Positions 20,091 through 29,728 of a DNA stretch of 64,000 bases are shown here, piece after piece. Position 1 is the stretch's first letter. Each line of letters opens with the position of its first letter. Below the pieces are notes generated by a model. That model did not search any database. It saw only the letters and a list, made by a program, of their open reading frames with translations, and was not told where the DNA came from. The translations under genes were made by a program, and so were the position numbers. Origin of the DNA: a virus. The stretch lies in the IMG/VR virus record IMGVR_UViG_3300028569_000020, positions 30,543 to 94,542 of that record. One strand, given 5' to 3'.

Positions 20091-21005
20091 ATGGCAAAAA
20101 GTGTATATTTTCCACAACACGGTGGAATATCTCCAGAGCAAACTTTAATACAAGATTTAGTTGATGAGCAATTAAAATTATTTGGTGCTGAGGTTTTTTA
20201 TATTCCTCGCCAAATGCTCATTGATAGATCTTTAGGAGACGTAGTGATGTCTCGATTTAAAGAAGCATATTTAATTGAAATGTATCTTGTAAACGTAGAA
20301 GGTTTTGGTGCACAATCAGAATTTATTTCTAAGTTTGGTTTACGAGTTACAGATGAGATTACGTTTATTGTTTCACAACGTCGTTGGGAAGATGTAGTAA
20401 GTAAATCAATTACTTTGAAAGTGCCACCAAGACCAAATGAAGGAGATTTAATTTATTATTCTTTAACTGATGATTTTTATGAAATCAAATTTGTAGAAAG
20501 AGAATCACCATTCTACCAGTTAGGAAAAATTTATTATTTTACGATGACAGCTGAAATTTATGAAGCAGGTAACGCAATATTTGAAACAGGAAATGCAAAT
20601 CTTGATAGCATTAGTAAAAGTAATCAAGATGCATATCTATTCCCAGTATATTTAAAAGTTAATGGTACAGGCAATTACAACATACAAGAAAAAGTTAATC
20701 AAACATATACACCACCAAATTCGCTTACTCCTGTTACAGTAACAGCTACTGTTGCTGATTGGGAACCAGCACAACGGTTATTGAAACTAACATATATAAA
20801 TGGTAATCTAGCACCCAATGTGAGTTTGATCGGACAAACCAGTGGTGCTACACATGTCGTTGATAGTTTCTCTACAATCGATATAGAATTAGAAAACAAT
20901 GATTTTGCACAAAATAAATACTTTGAAGATTCGGCAGACGATCTCATTGATTTCGAGGAAGGAAATCCGTTTGGTGAATTTGGAGATATCGGAGGATCAT
21001 TCTAA
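20091..21005 (+). CDS. gp14: Neck protein gp14
   Basis: EQ.LIQDLVDE; SKFGL; RPNEGDLIY; FYQLGK; NPFG. Confidence 0.92.
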   Translation: MAKSVYFPQHGGISPEQTLIQDLVDEQLKLFGAEVFYIPRQMLIDRSLGDVVMSRFKEAYLIEMYLVNVEGFGAQSEFISKFGLRVTDEITFIVSQRRWEDVVSKSITLKVPPRPNEGDLIYYSLTDDFYEIKFVERESPFYQLGKIYYFTMTAEIYEAGNAIFETGNANLDSISKSNQDAYLFPVYLKVNGTGNYNIQEKVNQTYTPPNSLTPVTVTATVADWEPAQRLLKLTYINGNLAPNVSLIGQTSGATHVVDSFSTIDIELENNDFAQNKYFEDSADDLIDFEEGNPFGEFGDIGGSF

Positions 21006-21805
21006 TGTTAGGTAATCATTTTTATCATTCATGCATTAAAAAAACAGTTGTTGGATTTGGCACACTGTTTAATAATATTCAAATAATTAAAAGAGATCCA
21101 CAATCTGGTGTGGAAATAGAGCGTCAAAAAGTTGCTATTGCTTATGGTCCAAAAAATAAATATCTTGCTAGATTAGAGCAAAATGCAGATGTAGGTCGTA
21201 AAGTTGGTATTACATTACCAAGAATTTCTTTTGAAATGACTTCAATAAATTATGATCCATCTAGAAAAACAAGTCCAATTTTAAAATATTTAAAAGAATC
21301 TGGATCTAGCACTGGAGTAAAAACACAATATATGCCAGTGCCTTATAATATTGGATTTCAGTTAGGCATTATATCAAAATCACAAGACGATGCTTTACAA
21401 ATTATAGAACAAATTTTACCATACTTTCAACCATCTTTTAATATCAGTATTGAGATGATTCCAGAAATGGATGAAAGTAGAGATATTGCTTATGTATTAA
21501 ATTCTATTAATTATGATGATGAATATGAAGACGACTTTTTAGTAAGACGAAGCATAGTATACACTTTAGAATTTACAGCAAAAAGTTATCTTTACGGTCC
21601 AGTTGTTAATGCTGATATTATTCGCAAAGCAATTGTTGATACTTCACTTGGTAATTTAGCAGTACATAAACGATCTATAAGATATACAGTAGAGCCAGAA
21701 GCATTAACAGATATTAATAATGATGGCACAATAAACAATACTGATACTTTATTGCTTACTCCAGATGATGACTTTGGATTTAATGAGGGTATAACATTGT
21801 TATGA
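21005..21805 (+). CDS. gp15: Tail sheath stabiliser/terminator gp15
   Basis: FGTLFNNI; TLPRISFE; QIIEQILPYFQP. Confidence 0.93.
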   Translation: MLGNHFYHSCIKKTVVGFGTLFNNIQIIKRDPQSGVEIERQKVAIAYGPKNKYLARLEQNADVGRKVGITLPRISFEMTSINYDPSRKTSPILKYLKESGSSTGVKTQYMPVPYNIGFQLGIISKSQDDALQIIEQILPYFQPSFNISIEMIPEMDESRDIAYVLNSINYDDEYEDDFLVRRSIVYTLEFTAKSYLYGPVVNADIIRKAIVDTSLGNLAVHKRSIRYTVEPEALTDINNDGTINNTDTLLLTPDDDFGFNEGITLL

Positions 21806-22206
21806 GTAAATTTAATAATAACATGGAAGAGATCTTTGATATAGAAACAGCAAAATTAGATGAAAAAATTATACCCATCACTACAGAAAACCATGATATA
21901 GAAAAAGATTATAATTATACAAGAGGAGAGTTGTATAACCTTCTCAGCAAGGGTCAGGAAGCGGTGCAAGGCGCATTGGAGGTTGCACAAGAATCAGGGC
22001 ACCCAAGAGCGTATGAGGTTGCTGTAAACGCTATAAAGCAAGTATCAGACATAGCTGATAAATTAATCGATCTACAACAGAAGATGAAAAATTTAAACAA
22101 AGATGAATCTAAAAAAAGTCCAACTTCTGTAACTAACAATGCAATTTTTCTAGGAAGCACAGCAGACCTTCAACAAATGCTGAAGCGAGGAAAGGTAGAA
22201 GAATAA
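21802..22206 (+). CDS. gp16: Terminase small subunit gp16
   Basis: DY...R..L; HPRAYEVA; F.GSTADLQ.ML. Confidence 0.92.
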   Translation: MSKFNNNMEEIFDIETAKLDEKIIPITTENHDIEKDYNYTRGELYNLLSKGQEAVQGALEVAQESGHPRAYEVAVNAIKQVSDIADKLIDLQQKMKNLNKDESKKSPTSVTNNAIFLGSTADLQQMLKRGKVEE

Positions 22207-22229
22207 ATATAACATAAAAGGTATATCAT

Positions 22230-22505
22230 ATGAGACTTAAAATTTTAGGAACGGAAGTAGCTCTTCCAACATCTGCTGGCACTGCGATTACTGTAGGCGG
22301 AGCAACAGAAGTTCGTTTAATGCACGATGCTCAAGGTAATACAGCTCACTTAGTTACTATCACTGATGGCGAAGCTTCTCCAACAACAGTAGCAACATTT
22401 AGCATGTCTCCAGCAGAGACATTGGTTATTCGTAAATTACCAACACAAAAAATATTTGCTTCTAATGATGATGTAAGAGCTGTCGCTGTTTCTTATCAGG
22501 GATGA
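22230..22505 (+). CDS. Small conserved virion-type protein
   Basis: 91 aa beta-rich protein; late motif AATAAATA at 22202. Confidence 0.6.
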   Translation: MRLKILGTEVALPTSAGTAITVGGATEVRLMHDAQGNTAHLVTITDGEASPTTVATFSMSPAETLVIRKLPTQKIFASNDDVRAVAVSYQG

Positions 22506-22570
22506 AAACTTTTACTGAGTTACGAGAGCATCTCAACGCATACGAAACTTCCATGGAATTGTTAATATGA
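22502..22570 (+). CDS. 22-aa micro-ORF MKTFTELREHLNAYETSMELLI (capsid-targeting-like N-terminus)
   Basis: ATGA overlaps with both neighbours; below the ORF-track size cut-off. Confidence 0.45.
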   Translation: MKTFTELREHLNAYETSMELLI

Positions 22571-22656
22571 CTAATATATTAATTACTGCGATTTCTTTAT
22601 ACGCAATTATTTTTACATCAATATACTGGGCTTTATCAGAAGCTTACATTAAATAA
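22567..22656 (+). CDS. 29-aa single-TM micro-protein MTNILITAISLYAIIFTSIYWALSEAYIK
   Basis: ATGA-coupled start, 20+ consecutive apolar residues, stop 1 nt before the next ATG. Confidence 0.55.
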   Translation: MTNILITAISLYAIIFTSIYWALSEAYIK

Positions 22657-22657
22657 T

Positions 22658-22897
22658 ATGAACACTAAACAATGCTCTAAATGTGGTGCTTGCTGGATGG
22701 GAGGTCAACATTATTGGTCTGGCACTGGTAAACTTGGCAATGAAACAGAATTAGCATCATTGGTATGTGACATGGTTAATTCAGATGAATGTATTAACCC
22801 AGCAAAAGGCACTACAACTGGTGATGGATGGGCAAAAAGATTCGAAGCATTAGAATCATTTGAAAGAGATATGGAGAAATTAAAAGATTATGAATGA
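22658..22897 (+). CDS. Cys-rich small protein (CxxC...QHYW...LVC...CINP)
   Basis: Five Cys; resembles a small hypothetical family I recall from cyanobacteria/cyanophages (not verified). Confidence 0.65.
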   Translation: MNTKQCSKCGACWMGGQHYWSGTGKLGNETELASLVCDMVNSDECINPAKGTTTGDGWAKRFEALESFERDMEKLKDYE

Positions 22898-24554
22898 CGC
22901 AGTTTATTTGGGTAATCCAAATTTAAAAAAAGCAAACACATCAATTAACTTTACAAAAAAACAAATACAAGAGTTTATTAAATGTAAAGATAATCCAGTG
23001 TATTTTGCTAGAGAATATATGAAAATTGTTTCTCTTGATGAAGGTCTTGTACCATTTAAACTGTATGACTTTCAAGAAAAGTTAATTGATAATTTTCATA
23101 ATAATAGATTTAATATTGCAAAGTTGCCTAGACAAACGGGAAAATCAACTACAGTTATTTCTTATCTATTACATTATGCATTGTTTAATGACAATGTAAA
23201 GATTGCGATTCTAGCAAACAAGGCAGAAACTTCTAGAGAATTATTATCTCGTTTGCAACTAGCATACGAGAATCTTCCTAAGTGGATGCAAATGGGAGTT
23301 TTAGAATGGAATAAAGGATCTATGCAGTTAGAAAATAATAGTAAAATTATTGCTGCTTCAACATCTTCTAGCGCCGTTAGAGGAAACTCATTTAATATTA
23401 TCTTTCTTGATGAGTTTGCGTTTATTCCAAATCATATTGCAGAGCAATTCTTTAGCTCTGTGTATCCTACTATCTCATCTGGTAAGACCACAAAAGTTAT
23501 TATTATTTCTACCCCACAGGGTATGAATATGTTTTACAAGTTATGGCACGATGCAGAGCGTGGCAAAAATGGTTACGTGCCTCTGGAAGTGCACTGGTCT
23601 CAAGTGCCTGGTAGAGATGCAGCTTGGAAAGAAGAAACAATTAGAAACACTTCTGCTCGTCAATTTACTCAAGAATTCGAATGCGAATTTTTAGGGTCAG
23701 TTGATACTCTTATATCTGCTGCTAAGTTACGGTCTATGGTTTTTGAAGATCCCATACAAGATAATAGTAAGGGTCTTAAAGTATACGAAAAAGTAATTGC
23801 AGAAAAAGATTACATCATAACAGTTGATGTATCTCGTGGTACATGCAATGATTACTCCGCTTTTGTTGTATTTGATATCACTACTTTGCCTTGGAAAATA
23901 GTTGCTAAGTATAGAAATAATGAAATTAAACCAATTTTATTTCCTAACATTATAGATCAAGTTGCTCGCAATTATAACAAAGCATATATTCTTATTGAGA
24001 TAAACGACATTGGAGAACAAGTTGGTAATATTCTTCACTACGATTTAGAATATCCAAATGTATTAATGTGCGCTATGCGTGGTAGAGCAGGTCAGATTGT
24101 AGGTCAAGGATTCTCTGGCACTAAATCTCAACTAGGTTTGAAGATGTCTAAGGTGACTAAAAAAATTGGATGCTCTAATTTAAAAACCTTGATTGAAGAT
24201 GATAAGTTAATAATCACGGATTACGAAATCATTAGTGAGTTAACTACATTCATTCAAAAAAATCAATCTTTTGAAGCAGATGACGGTCACAATGATGACT
24301 TAGTAATGTGTTTAGTTATATTTGCATGGTTAGCAGTGCAACCGTATTTCAAAGAAATGACTGATAATGATGTCAGGAAAAGAATATATGATGATCAAGC
24401 AAATCAAATAGAACAAGATATGGCACCATTTGGATTTGTTTCGAATGGATTAGAAGAATTAGAATCTAAATTTGTTGATGAAAATGGAGATGTTTGGCAT
24501 CTAGATGAATACGGAGATGTAGCTACAGACGTATCATATATGATGAATTACTGA
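22890..24554 (+). CDS. gp17: Terminase large subunit gp17
   Basis: YLGNPNLK; Walker A PRQTGKS; Walker B IFLDEFAF; nuclease VDVSRG...HNDDLVM. Confidence 0.97.
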   Translation: MNDAVYLGNPNLKKANTSINFTKKQIQEFIKCKDNPVYFAREYMKIVSLDEGLVPFKLYDFQEKLIDNFHNNRFNIAKLPRQTGKSTTVISYLLHYALFNDNVKIAILANKAETSRELLSRLQLAYENLPKWMQMGVLEWNKGSMQLENNSKIIAASTSSSAVRGNSFNIIFLDEFAFIPNHIAEQFFSSVYPTISSGKTTKVIIISTPQGMNMFYKLWHDAERGKNGYVPLEVHWSQVPGRDAAWKEETIRNTSARQFTQEFECEFLGSVDTLISAAKLRSMVFEDPIQDNSKGLKVYEKVIAEKDYIITVDVSRGTCNDYSAFVVFDITTLPWKIVAKYRNNEIKPILFPNIIDQVARNYNKAYILIEINDIGEQVGNILHYDLEYPNVLMCAMRGRAGQIVGQGFSGTKSQLGLKMSKVTKKIGCSNLKTLIEDDKLIITDYEIISELTTFIQKNQSFEADDGHNDDLVMCLVIFAWLAVQPYFKEMTDNDVRKRIYDDQANQIEQDMAPFGFVSNGLEELESKFVDENGDVWHLDEYGDVATDVSYMMNY

Positions 24555-24781
24555 TGGACTTAGAAGATCAAGTTTCTTTATCACATTTACTTTTTAAAGA
24601 AAGAAAATGTAGTATTTGCAGGGAAGTTAAAGATTTATTATCAGATTATTATCCTATTCGTAAGTTAAAAAGACATTTACCATCTTCATATTCTTACGAA
24701 TGTAAGTCATGTGCAGCGCAAAGAATTATATCATTACGAAATGGACAGTATCTTCCTGAAGAAAGATATCCTAACTGGTAA
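24554..24781 (+). CDS. Small zinc-ribbon protein (two CxxC)
   Basis: CSIC...YSYECKSC; TGATG overlap with gp17. Confidence 0.7.
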   Translation: MDLEDQVSLSHLLFKERKCSICREVKDLLSDYYPIRKLKRHLPSSYSYECKSCAAQRIISLRNGQYLPEERYPNW

Positions 24782-24875
24782 TGTTCGTGCATAGTTCGTG
24801 CAAATTTTACTGTTTTGAAATCATCTTTTTAATAAATATTTGTAGATCAAAAATGATTTCTATAGGGAGATAAAT

Positions 24876-26534
24876 ATGGCTGGTCAAGTATCACCTGGAA
24901 TTGTATTAAGAGAACGTGATTTAACTAACTCAGTAGCAGTAGCTACTCAAGCAAATACTGCTGCTATTGTTGGCGTCTTTGAAAAAGGACCAGTAAATGT
25001 AATTACCTCAATAACATCAGAAAAGCAATTAGTCGATACATTCGGCAGACCAAATTCAAATAATTTTGAAGATTGGTATGTTGCATCAACATTTTTAAGT
25101 TACGGTGGACAACTTCAAGTAGTTAGAGTAGCAGATTCAGCATTAAAAAATGCTGTTACTGACTATGATACACAAGCTCCAAATGCTCCACTAATTACTT
25201 CTTTCTCTGATTTTGAAGCACAGAAAGGAACAACAACATATAAATTTGCTGCTCGCACTGCTGGCACTTGGGGCAGTTCGCTTAAGGTATCTATTATTGA
25301 TGGTAGTGTATCGTCAACCGCTTATGCGACTGCAACATATCATGGAATTTCTAAATGGTCTTCTATTGCAGCAAGACCAACAGATACAGATACTTGCCAC
25401 GTTGTGGTTGTTGATGAAGGCGGTGTTATTACAGGTACCCCAGGCACATTATTAGAAAGTTTTATATTTACTTCTAGAGTTGCAACTGCAGTAAACACAG
25501 AAGGAGAAACAAACTTTTATCCTAATGTAATTAATAGAAGATCAAGATATGTTTTTGCTGACGAAACGGTTGCCGCAGGTGATTTAGATTTCTCTTTAGA
25601 TGGAGGAGCAGACGGATATCAAGCAGCAACTTCTGCTTTAGAAGCAGCATATGCAAAATTTGAAAATGTTGAAGATATCACAATCGATTTTATTCTTGGT
25701 GGTGGTAGTATTTCTTACGGAGCAACACCAGGAGATGCAACAAAAACTAAAGCATTAAAGGCAATTTCAATTGCTGCAAACAGAAAAGACTGTGTTGCTT
25801 TCATCTCACCTTATAGATCATTTGTTAGTTTGTCAGATTCTTCTGCACAAAAAGATGCAATCATTGCATACTTCAGTAATATAACTAGCACTTCATACGC
25901 AGTGTTTGATAGTGGATATAAGTATATCTACGACCGTTACAATGATGTATATCGTTATATTCCTTGTAACGGAGATGTTGCTGGATTGTGTGTGCAAACA
26001 TCAGCAACTCTTGAAGATTGGTTTTCACCAGCTGGACTTCAAAGAGGAAATTTAAGAAATGCTATTAAACTAGCATACACTCCATCTAAAACTGATAGAG
26101 ACGAATTATATCAAAACAGAATTAATCCAATCACATCATTTCCTGGTCAAGGAATTGTGTTGTTTGGTGACAAAACTGCTCTTGGTACTCCAAGTGCTTT
26201 TGATAGAATTAACGTGCGTCGTTTATTCCTTGCGCTTGAAAGAAGAATTGGATCTGTTGCAAAAACAGTATTGTTTGAATTAAACGATGAGACCACAAGA
26301 AATTCATTCTTTACTACTGTCAACACTTACATGACTGAAGTACAAGCAAAACGTGGTGTTACTGATTATTTGGTTGTTTGTGATGATACAAACAACACAC
26401 CAGATGTAATTGATAGAAATGAATTTGTTGCTGAAATTTATGTAAAACCATCAAGATCAATTAACTATATTACTATTACATTTGTTGCTACTAAAACAGG
26501 AACTTCATTTGCTGAAGTAACAGGTCAAGTTTAA
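24876..26534 (+). CDS. gp18: Contractile tail sheath gp18
   Basis: SPGIV.RE.DLT; WFSPAG..RG; AFDRINVRRLF; late promoter at 24831. Confidence 0.96.
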   Translation: MAGQVSPGIVLRERDLTNSVAVATQANTAAIVGVFEKGPVNVITSITSEKQLVDTFGRPNSNNFEDWYVASTFLSYGGQLQVVRVADSALKNAVTDYDTQAPNAPLITSFSDFEAQKGTTTYKFAARTAGTWGSSLKVSIIDGSVSSTAYATATYHGISKWSSIAARPTDTDTCHVVVVDEGGVITGTPGTLLESFIFTSRVATAVNTEGETNFYPNVINRRSRYVFADETVAAGDLDFSLDGGADGYQAATSALEAAYAKFENVEDITIDFILGGGSISYGATPGDATKTKALKAISIAANRKDCVAFISPYRSFVSLSDSSAQKDAIIAYFSNITSTSYAVFDSGYKYIYDRYNDVYRYIPCNGDVAGLCVQTSATLEDWFSPAGLQRGNLRNAIKLAYTPSKTDRDELYQNRINPITSFPGQGIVLFGDKTALGTPSAFDRINVRRLFLALERRIGSVAKTVLFELNDETTRNSFFTTVNTYMTEVQAKRGVTDYLVVCDDTNNTPDVIDRNEFVAEIYVKPSRSINYITITFVATKTGTSFAEVTGQV

Positions 26535-26567
26535 ATTTATAAACATCATCACAAAAGGTAAAAAATA

Positions 26568-27161
26568 ATGGCAATCACTAGTAGCGTAAGTACATTTTTA
26601 AACACAGTAAAACAAGGAGTTAAGAATAACTTATTCCTAGTAAGTTTTGCTTATCCAGGAAGCCTCACTGAAGGAGCAGGTTTAGATACTACAAATTTGC
26701 TTTGCAAATCTGCTGCACTTCCAGCTTCAAATTTAGGTGTTATCGAAGTTCCTTTTAGAGGAAGAACAGTAAAAATTGCAGGAGATAGAACATTTGACAC
26801 TTGGACTGCTACATTTATTAATGATCGAAATTTTGCAATCCGTCATGGATTTGAAAAATGGATGGAAAATATTAATAAACACGAAGGAAATACTGCTGCT
26901 GCTTTTCAACCAGATAATGGTCCTACTGGTTACATGGCAGATTTAATAGTCAAACAATTAGAAAGAGAAGCCTCAGACGGTGGTGCTGTATTAAGAGAAT
27001 ATTTATTTAAAAGTTGTTTCCCAACTAATATTTCACAAATTGATCTTGCTTATGATAGTAACGATCAAATTGAAGACTTTACTGTTGAATTCCAAATTCA
27101 ATATTGGACAGCAGTTAACGGAACAGGGACAACTGTAACGGGCGGCGGAAAAATTGTCTAA
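26568..27161 (+). CDS. gp19: Tail tube gp19
   Basis: LCKSAALPAS; PFRGR.VKIAGDRTFD.W; FPTNIS.IDL.YD. Confidence 0.95.
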   Translation: MAITSSVSTFLNTVKQGVKNNLFLVSFAYPGSLTEGAGLDTTNLLCKSAALPASNLGVIEVPFRGRTVKIAGDRTFDTWTATFINDRNFAIRHGFEKWMENINKHEGNTAAAFQPDNGPTGYMADLIVKQLEREASDGGAVLREYLFKSCFPTNISQIDLAYDSNDQIEDFTVEFQIQYWTAVNGTGTTVTGGGKIV

Positions 27162-27188
27162 TAAATAGTGTATCAGTAATGTTTTAAA

Positions 27189-28820
27189 ATGAGTCAACTA
27201 TTTGGATTTTCGATTAACGGGGTTGTTTCAAAACCAAAAGGACAATCCCCAATTCCACCAAGTCAAGATGATGGAGTAGCTACAGTTGCTGGTGGTTATT
27301 TTGGTCATTATGTAGACATAGAAGGAATAGCGCGTAATGAGTTTGATCTCATTAGGCGCTATCGTGATATGGCATTGCACCCAGAAGTTGATAGTGCGGT
27401 AGATGAAATTGTCAATGAAGCAATTGTGAGTAATGAAAATCAATCATCAGTTTCTATTGAGTTATCTAATTTAGAAGTTGGTGATGGAATTAAAAATAAA
27501 ATTAGAACAGAATTTAATTATGTAAAAAAACTTTTAAATTTTGATAAAAAAGGACATGAAATATTTCGTGGTTGGTATGTTGATGGAAGATCTTATTATC
27601 ACAAAGTAGTAGATTTAGCAAATCCAAAAGCAGGTATTACTGAATTAAGATTTATTGATCCGCTAAAAATTAAAAAAGTAAAACAAAGAATACAAGATAG
27701 AGAAAGAAATAGTCAGCAACTATTAAGCAGAGGAGATATAGCACAAACTGCTGATGCTTATGACTTTGGAGAATTTGTAGAATATTACCTTTACAACCCA
27801 AAAGGATTTATTAGCTTTGCTGGTGGACCAGATCCAATGCAAGGTGGTATGAGATTTGCTGCTGACTCCATTACATTCGCTCCATGTGGATTGATGGATT
27901 TAAACAAAAAAATGAATCTTAGTTATCTACACAAATCAATCAAAGCACTCAATCAAATACGTATGATTGAAGATTCTTTGGTTATCTACAGAATGTCTCG
28001 TGCTCCAGAAAGAAGAATTTTTTATATTGATGTCGGCAATTTACCTAAAGTAAAAGCAGAGCAATACTTACGAGAGACAATGAATCGTTATCGTAATAAA
28101 TTAGTATACGATGCACAAACAGGAGAAATCCGTGATGATAAAAAGCATATGTCAATGCTTGAAGATTTCTGGTTACCTCGCCGTGAAGGTGGTAGAGGAA
28201 CTGAAATCACTACATTACCAGGCGGTCAAAATCTTGGTGAACTCAAGGATGTTGAGTATTTCAAAAAGAAGCTTTACAACTCACTCAACCTACCACCTTC
28301 CCGCCTTACGGATGACAACAAAGGGTTTAATCTTGGTAAGACCACCGAAGTTTTACGGGATGAATTAAAGTTTAATAAATTTGTCGGTAGACTTCGCAAA
28401 AAATTTGCTTTTATTTTTCATGATGTTCTTAGAACACAATTAATCTTAAAAGGAATTATCACACCAGAAGACTGGGAAGATATGGAAGAAAACATTCAGT
28501 ATGATTTTCTTTTTGATAATCATTTTTCTGAATTAAGAGACGCAGAGTTAATGAATACTCGTCTTGACATTCTAATGAAAGTAGATCCTTTTGTTGGAAA
28601 ATATTATTCTATTGAATATGTAAGAAAGCAAATTCTAAGACAATCGGATATAGAATTTGAAGAAATCGATAAACAAATGAAACTTGATATTGGAAGTGGA
28701 ATGACTGCTGATCCAATACACACTAATAAAATGAATGCTCAAGCACTTGAAATTTCCGCAACACCGCCACCACCACCCACAGCACCAAAAGCATCTGTAA
28801 GTAGTAGTTCAGATAAATAA
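27189..28820 (+). CDS. gp20: Portal protein gp20
   Basis: RAPERRIFYIDVGNLPK.KAEQY; MLEDFWLPRREGGRGTEITTLPGGQNLG. Confidence 0.98.
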   Translation: MSQLFGFSINGVVSKPKGQSPIPPSQDDGVATVAGGYFGHYVDIEGIARNEFDLIRRYRDMALHPEVDSAVDEIVNEAIVSNENQSSVSIELSNLEVGDGIKNKIRTEFNYVKKLLNFDKKGHEIFRGWYVDGRSYYHKVVDLANPKAGITELRFIDPLKIKKVKQRIQDRERNSQQLLSRGDIAQTADAYDFGEFVEYYLYNPKGFISFAGGPDPMQGGMRFAADSITFAPCGLMDLNKKMNLSYLHKSIKALNQIRMIEDSLVIYRMSRAPERRIFYIDVGNLPKVKAEQYLRETMNRYRNKLVYDAQTGEIRDDKKHMSMLEDFWLPRREGGRGTEITTLPGGQNLGELKDVEYFKKKLYNSLNLPPSRLTDDNKGFNLGKTTEVLRDELKFNKFVGRLRKKFAFIFHDVLRTQLILKGIITPEDWEDMEENIQYDFLFDNHFSELRDAELMNTRLDILMKVDPFVGKYYSIEYVRKQILRQSDIEFEEIDKQMKLDIGSGMTADPIHTNKMNAQALEISATPPPPPTAPKASVSSSSDK

Positions 28821-28840
28821 TTATTTAATGGTTAAATCAC

Positions 28841-29035
28841 ATGGAAACTATTGATATTGTTAATGCTATTGCTTCTGGAAACAAACTAGATGCAATGGAT
28901 AAAATTAACGATCATTTATATTCAAAAGCATCAGATGCTATGAAATCTTACAAAGAAATTTTAGCACAATCTTTCTTCGCTTCTGCTGGAGAAGAATTAG
29001 ATAACGAAACTCCAGAAGAAGGTAACGAAGAATGA
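28841..29035 (+). CDS. Small prohead core protein (gp67/gp68 position)
   Basis: 64-aa acidic ORF between gp20 and gp21. Confidence 0.65.
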   Translation: METIDIVNAIASGNKLDAMDKINDHLYSKASDAMKSYKEILAQSFFASAGEELDNETPEEGNEE

Positions 29036-29676
29036 AACTAATTACAGAAAGTATCGAAGATATAGAAGTATTAGTAGAAGAAAAAAACGGTGTTAAAAAT
29101 CTTTATATTGAAGGAGTATTTCTTCAAGGAGATATTAAAAACCGCAACGGTCGTGTATATCCTTTTGATATATTAGAGAGAGAAGTAAGTAGGTATAACG
29201 AGAATTATGTTATTGCTGGTCGTGCTCTTGGTGAATTAGGTCACCCAGATGGTCCTACAGTAAACTTAGATAGAGTTTCTCACAAAATTATTTCACTTAA
29301 ATCAGAAGGCAGTAATTTTATTGGTAAGGCGCAAATTCTTTCTACACCAATGGGAAGTATTGCCAAATCTCTTTTGGAGTCTGGTGTTAAGTTAGGAGTT
29401 TCTTCTAGAGGGATGGGATCCATGGAAGAAAGAAATGGTGCTAGTTATGTGCGTGATGATTTTATGCTAGCAACTGCTGCTGATATTGTGGCTGATCCTT
29501 CCGCACCTGATGCCTTTGTGAATGGAATTATGGAAGGAAAAGAATGGGTTTGGGATAACGGTTTGTTAAAAGAAGCAAAAGTTGCTAAATACAAGAAGTA
29601 TATTTCTGAATCTGCTAGGAAAAATATAGAAGAAAAATCACTAAAAGTCTTTGAAGACTTTATGTTTAATTTATAA
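29032..29676 (+). CDS. gp21: Prohead protease gp21
   Basis: MKLITE; NRNGRVY; GELGHP; GVSSRG.GS; D.VADPSAPDAFV. Confidence 0.96.
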   Translation: MKLITESIEDIEVLVEEKNGVKNLYIEGVFLQGDIKNRNGRVYPFDILEREVSRYNENYVIAGRALGELGHPDGPTVNLDRVSHKIISLKSEGSNFIGKAQILSTPMGSIAKSLLESGVKLGVSSRGMGSMEERNGASYVRDDFMLATAADIVADPSAPDAFVNGIMEGKEWVWDNGLLKEAKVAKYKKYISESARKNIEEKSLKVFEDFMFNL

Positions 29677-29728
29677 AATTAATAAATAATTGTAGAATAA
29701 TCGTATACCTGTATAGGGGAAGCCAAAG

